A program made the translations under genes and the position numbers. DNA of 64,000 nucleotides from Balamuthia mandrillaris (taxonomy: Eukaryota): assembly GCA_031835245.2 (NCBI GenBank), contig JAVKOQ020000101.1, positions 1 to 64,000 of the forward strand. Direction: 5' to 3'. Each line of letters opens with the position of its first letter. The stretch's first letter is position 1. Shown here piece by piece: positions 59,757 through 64,000 of the stretch. The notes under the pieces were generated by a model, which did no database searches, was not told where the DNA came from, and worked only from the letters and a program-made list of their open reading frames with translations.

Positions 59757-60659
59757 GTTTTTGTTGGGACAGGCAAACAAGTCAGCCAGTGTAGAATGTC
59801 AGCAGCTGGATTTGGCCTCGCTTGCTTCCATCAGGGCGTTTGCTCAAAAGTTCCTCAAAAGAAACATGCCTCTGCACCTTCTCGTTCTCAACGCCGGTGT
59901 CATGTTCACTCCCAAAGAAACCACTAAAGATGGCTTCGAACTGGTACGTAACTTGACAATGCTCATCGAGAATAGATAAGAAGGGGAAGTGAGGAGAGAC
60001 AAAGACAAGAATAGAAAAACCATAGAAGAGAAAAGACGACAAGATAAGCAGGAAGAAAACTGATTACATTCTTCCTTTGCATCAAACAGCAATTCGGAAC
60101 AAACCATTTGGGACACTTCCTGCTGACAAACCTGCTCCTCGACAAACTCAAAGAAAGCGCTCCCAGCCGCATTGTCAGCGTGTCCTCCCTGGCCTCCACT
60201 GCCCCCCTCGCCAAGATCTACTTCCAGGACATCAACTCTGTGCAGAGCTACAACCGCTATGCTGCCTATTGCCAAAGCAAGCTGGCCAACGTGCTCTTTG
60301 TGCACGAGCTGGCCCGCCGCCTGAAAGAAGAGGGTTACAACGGCAAGGACAAACCGGTGGTCTCTGCATTCTCCCTGCATCCTGGCACCATTGTCACCGA
60401 GCTCTCCCGACACATGATCCAGCCCATTCCCTTCCTGTTGCGCCAGCCTTGGTTCACCTATTTCCTGCCGCTGAAGACCGCGTTTGAGGGAGCGCAGACC
60501 TCCCTGTACTGCTGCATAGCCCCCGAGCTGGAGGATGGCAAACGCTCTGGCCAGTATTTCTCGGACTGCGCCCCGGTCAAGCACCCCAAGGTGGATGATG
60601 CCACCGCAAAGAAGTTGTGGCAGCTCAGTGAGGACATGGTCAAAGATAAAGGCCTGTAG
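59137..60659 (+). CDS. Short-chain dehydrogenase/reductase, retinol dehydrogenase 11/12-like, multi-exon
   Basis: Hydrophobic N-terminus, [37 protein letters not shown] and [10 protein letters not shown]. Confidence 0.92.
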
Positions 60660-60989
60660 ACACACAAAAAAACAAAGCTTTTCATGGTTACTTGTCATTT
60701 TGCTTCTCTAGTCTTCATGTTTTTTTCTCTCTCTCTTCTTGTTCTTCCCCTTGTAACAACGGTAAGCTGCTGCAATGGGACCTCTCAACAACTGCAAAAC
60801 CTTGGATAGCTCCAAGTGCGTGCACACAGCGAAAGGCGGCCATTTCGGAAGTGATCAAAATGGGTACAGGGAGAAAGGTTTCTGGTGAGGTAATAAAGGA
60901 GAAGTTCCTCCTTTGAATAGTGTACAATCATTTGTTCATTGGTGAATAAAATGAAACCGTTCACATGAGCAAAATAAAAGAGCAGAGAG

Positions 60990-61260
60990 TTAGGAACGGT
61001 CGCTGTCGTGTTGATCTAGCAATACATCAAGCCGAACCGATCCTTTTGAGTGGCAAAGAAAGACAGTCATAAGAAAAGGAAGAGCAAAGAAAAAGGCTAA
61101 GGGGAAAAAAATCGTACTTCGAAAGCCTTGTTTGTTTTGTTGAGCGGTAATACGTGCTCTCCGTTCCTTTGCCAACTGAGACGCCATTCCTGCTAGATTA
61201 CCAAAGTCTAAGCCTGGACCGTCTCCTCCTGTTGTTTCGTTGAAAGTCACCAATTGTCCC

Positions 61261-61320
<60 letters not shown>

Positions 61321-62548
61321 CGAAAAGAGGAAAAGGAACCTGGTCCTTTTTTAGCGGCAGGTGCAATGTTGATGGGCGGAACGGGACGCGGGCTAGTGGC
61401 TGCCTTTCTAAGTTTCTTTCCTTGTTGGATTTGTTTCAACAGATCACCTCGATTTCCACTACTTCCTCCTGTTGGTAACTTTGATGGTGATGAAGAAGGA
61501 AGAGAGGGCGGAGGAGGAGCAGAAGAAGGTGGTGGAGGTGGTGGTCCGAAATCAGGGGTAGGAGGAGGTGGAGCAGCAGAAGCAGAAGCAGCAAAGGCAG
61601 CGAGAGAAGCGTTCTCATCTTCTTCCATCTTCTTATGCTTTTGTGCTTTTACTTCTTCTTGAAGGTTCTTCAATGCCAATTCTAAACTTTGTGCTTTGTT
61701 CTCAGCTTCGGTTGCTCTTTGTGTTGCTTCAAACAACTTTCTCTCTAGTTCAACCGTCGGCGCAGCTGAAGAAGCAGCATTCTTTGCTTCGGATTTGGAA
61801 ACAAGCTCTTTGAGTTTGTCGCGATAGACTTCAAGCTTTTGTTCAGTTTCTCTTTGATGTTGAGTCTTTTCAGCTTCCATTTTAGAGAGTTTCTCATCTG
61901 CTGTTCGCAGTTGAGCTTCCAACTGTTGTATCTTTTCTTTATCTTCTGGAGATGATGAGGATGCAGGAGAGGCTAGCGGACGTTGTTGTTGTGCTTCTGC
62001 TAACTGTTGTAACTTTTTCTCAAAAATGGCCACACTTCGTTTTAATTCTTCGTTGGACGTTTTGCTGTCTTCCAAATCCCTTTGTAGTGTTGTTGTAAAT
62101 AGAGATAATGAGAAAAGAGAAAGAGAAGAGAATACAGATGAGAAAGAGCATAGGAAACCTGGCATAGCGAGCTCGTTCCTGTTTGATCACGTTGATGAGG
62201 TTGACAAGCTTTGCCTCGAGATCGTTGGACTTGTTTTGGGCTTCTTGATACTGTGTTTGTAACTGTTGTATCACTTGTTTGGCCTTAAAGGAGAAAGAAA
62301 TTACAGCAATCGAGCGAGAAAGAGAGAGAGAGTTTAGATTAGATTCACAGAAGGATAGCGGAGCTTGGTCACTGGCTGCCCAAGGATCAGCCAAAGGAAA
62401 TGAAACTGAAAGAAAACGGATAAATACTTTTTGAACGGCTTCAGAACCTCCAGAAACAGCTGAAAGTTGTTCCTTGAGTTTATTCATATCTTCTTTAAGT
62501 TGGGTCTGCAGTTTGTTGACTTGGAGATAAGTAACTTTCGAAGAGAAT

Positions 62549-62584
<36 letters not shown>

Positions 62585-63579
62585 CGAAAGAGAAACGAAA
62601 CGACGAAAGCGAACCTCTTTTGTTTGTGCTTCTTTTAACTGCTGTTGTAATTTTTCAAACTGAGGCTGGTTAGCTTGCAATTTCTCGGTTTGTTCTCTCT
62701 CAGCTCGAAGAGCATCCGCCAACTTTCGCAGATTTGCTTCCAACAGTTTTATCCTAGATAAAGTGGAAATATGATAATTATGATAAGCAGACGAAGGTGA
62801 GTAACAGGACAAGAAACAACAACCAACCTTTCTTGAGCAACCGCAGCTGCTTGCTTGTGCTCTTGGGCTTCTTTCTTGGCTTGTTCGATGCCTTGTTGTG
62901 CTTCTATCAAGGCCTCTGTTGCAACAAACGCAAGGTACAAAGAAGAGCGATTATTTCACCATAAAACCGATAAAACACAAGTATACAGACCATTATTCAA
63001 AGAGTTGGTAGAGGTTGGACTTGGTAGGTCTGATGCCGTCTGTGAGGCGCAGCGTTACTTCCAGGATCATAGAGAGAAAGAGAGAGAAAGAGGGTTTACC
63101 AATCTACGAGAACGATCCGCGCGAACCACTTCGATCAATTTCAACAGCTTCGCTTCCAGCTGGTTGCATCGCTGTTCCGTTTGGTCTTTCTCCTCTTCCA
63201 ACTCCTTGTAGCTCTACATTCATTCGTGGTGGCATAGACGTTAAGGTGCTAAGTAACTCTCTTTCTTTTCCAATTGTTTGTTTGTTAAAAAAAACGTACA
63301 GCTTCTTGCAAGGCTCTTTCTTCTTTGATAGCCTCTATGAACTTGGCCAGCCTCTCTTTCAGCACTTCGACCTCCTTCTCCGCTTTATTGCAGCGAGCCC
63401 GAAGTTGGTCCAATGAAGGTTCCTTTGTTATTTATTTATTTTTTTTTTGGGAGGATTTTTTAGAAAAACAAAAAAAATAAAGTGGTCTTGGTTGTGCTTA
63501 CCTCCGAAGACTCATGCTCAGCGATGAACCTGTCCAAGTCGTCCCAAGGAGAACCCTTGGTACTGTCGTGTCGGCTCAT
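60990..63579 (-). CDS. Coiled-coil, polyproline and WH2 domain protein (probable actin regulator), multi-exon
   Basis: ATG at 63579 (MSRHDSTKGSPWDDLDRF), long coiled-coil exons, PPPP tracts and the WH2 motif RGDLLKQIQQGKKLRKA. Confidence 0.75.
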
Positions 63580-64000
63580 CTTCTTTCGTTGTTTCTTTTA
63601 CTTTATTTTTTTGCTGTTGACTATTTCTGTCGACATTTATATTAAAATAGCTTCGGTTCGACGCTTGGCACAAGCACAATTTTTATTTTATTTTAAGATT
63701 TGGAATTGTCGGATCGACTCCCGACAGGTGCAATTTGTGTGGCACCGAGCCGTTGTGTAATGTTTCTGAAGGAATGGGTTTACATTCTTTCTGATAGGTT
63801 TGGGGATCCTTTCACCTTTATTTTACCGTCTCGGAACTTTTCCAGGTATTTGTTATAATGGATTAAACTTTGTTATTGTGAATTCAGGTTGTCGAACAAT
63901 AGCACAACACACACCGTTGTGGGACTATCCATGAGGAGAAAAAGAGAGACCAGAAGATTGCGGATGTGAGACAGAGACGCGTTGAGAATTTGGTTTAAAC

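Overview
Gene-dense eukaryotic DNA with many short GT-AG introns, many of them holding (CT)n/(TTC)n/(TTG)n microsatellites. Gene content and architecture suggest a free-living amoeba or amoebozoan-type protist (inference only). About 25 genes can be reconstructed by eye: F-box/ankyrin protein, RasGEF, HCCA-isomerase/kappa-GST, two-pore channel, P-loop NMP-kinase-like protein, CDK5-like kinase, Tom40, membrane amidohydrolase, FSAF1-like protein, SH3-PX protein, an intronless vanadium-haloperoxidase-like protein, a divergent SLC25 carrier, a RAVER-like RRM protein, two MLO paralogs, an SDR and a WH2 protein. The most unusual segment is about 25.5-34.3 kb. It is a tandemly rearranged array of four small intronless genes for predicted beta-grasp (ubiquitin-like) proteins; three end in a CaaX box and one is truncated. 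They are interleaved with one near-complete and many fragmentary DUF1963/YwqG-like genes and with pieces of the neighbouring amidohydrolase. A palindromic TGTCGAC(A) motif recurs 30-130 bp upstream of many start codons. Multi-exon genes are given as start-to-stop spans, and all family calls come from motif recognition without database searches.
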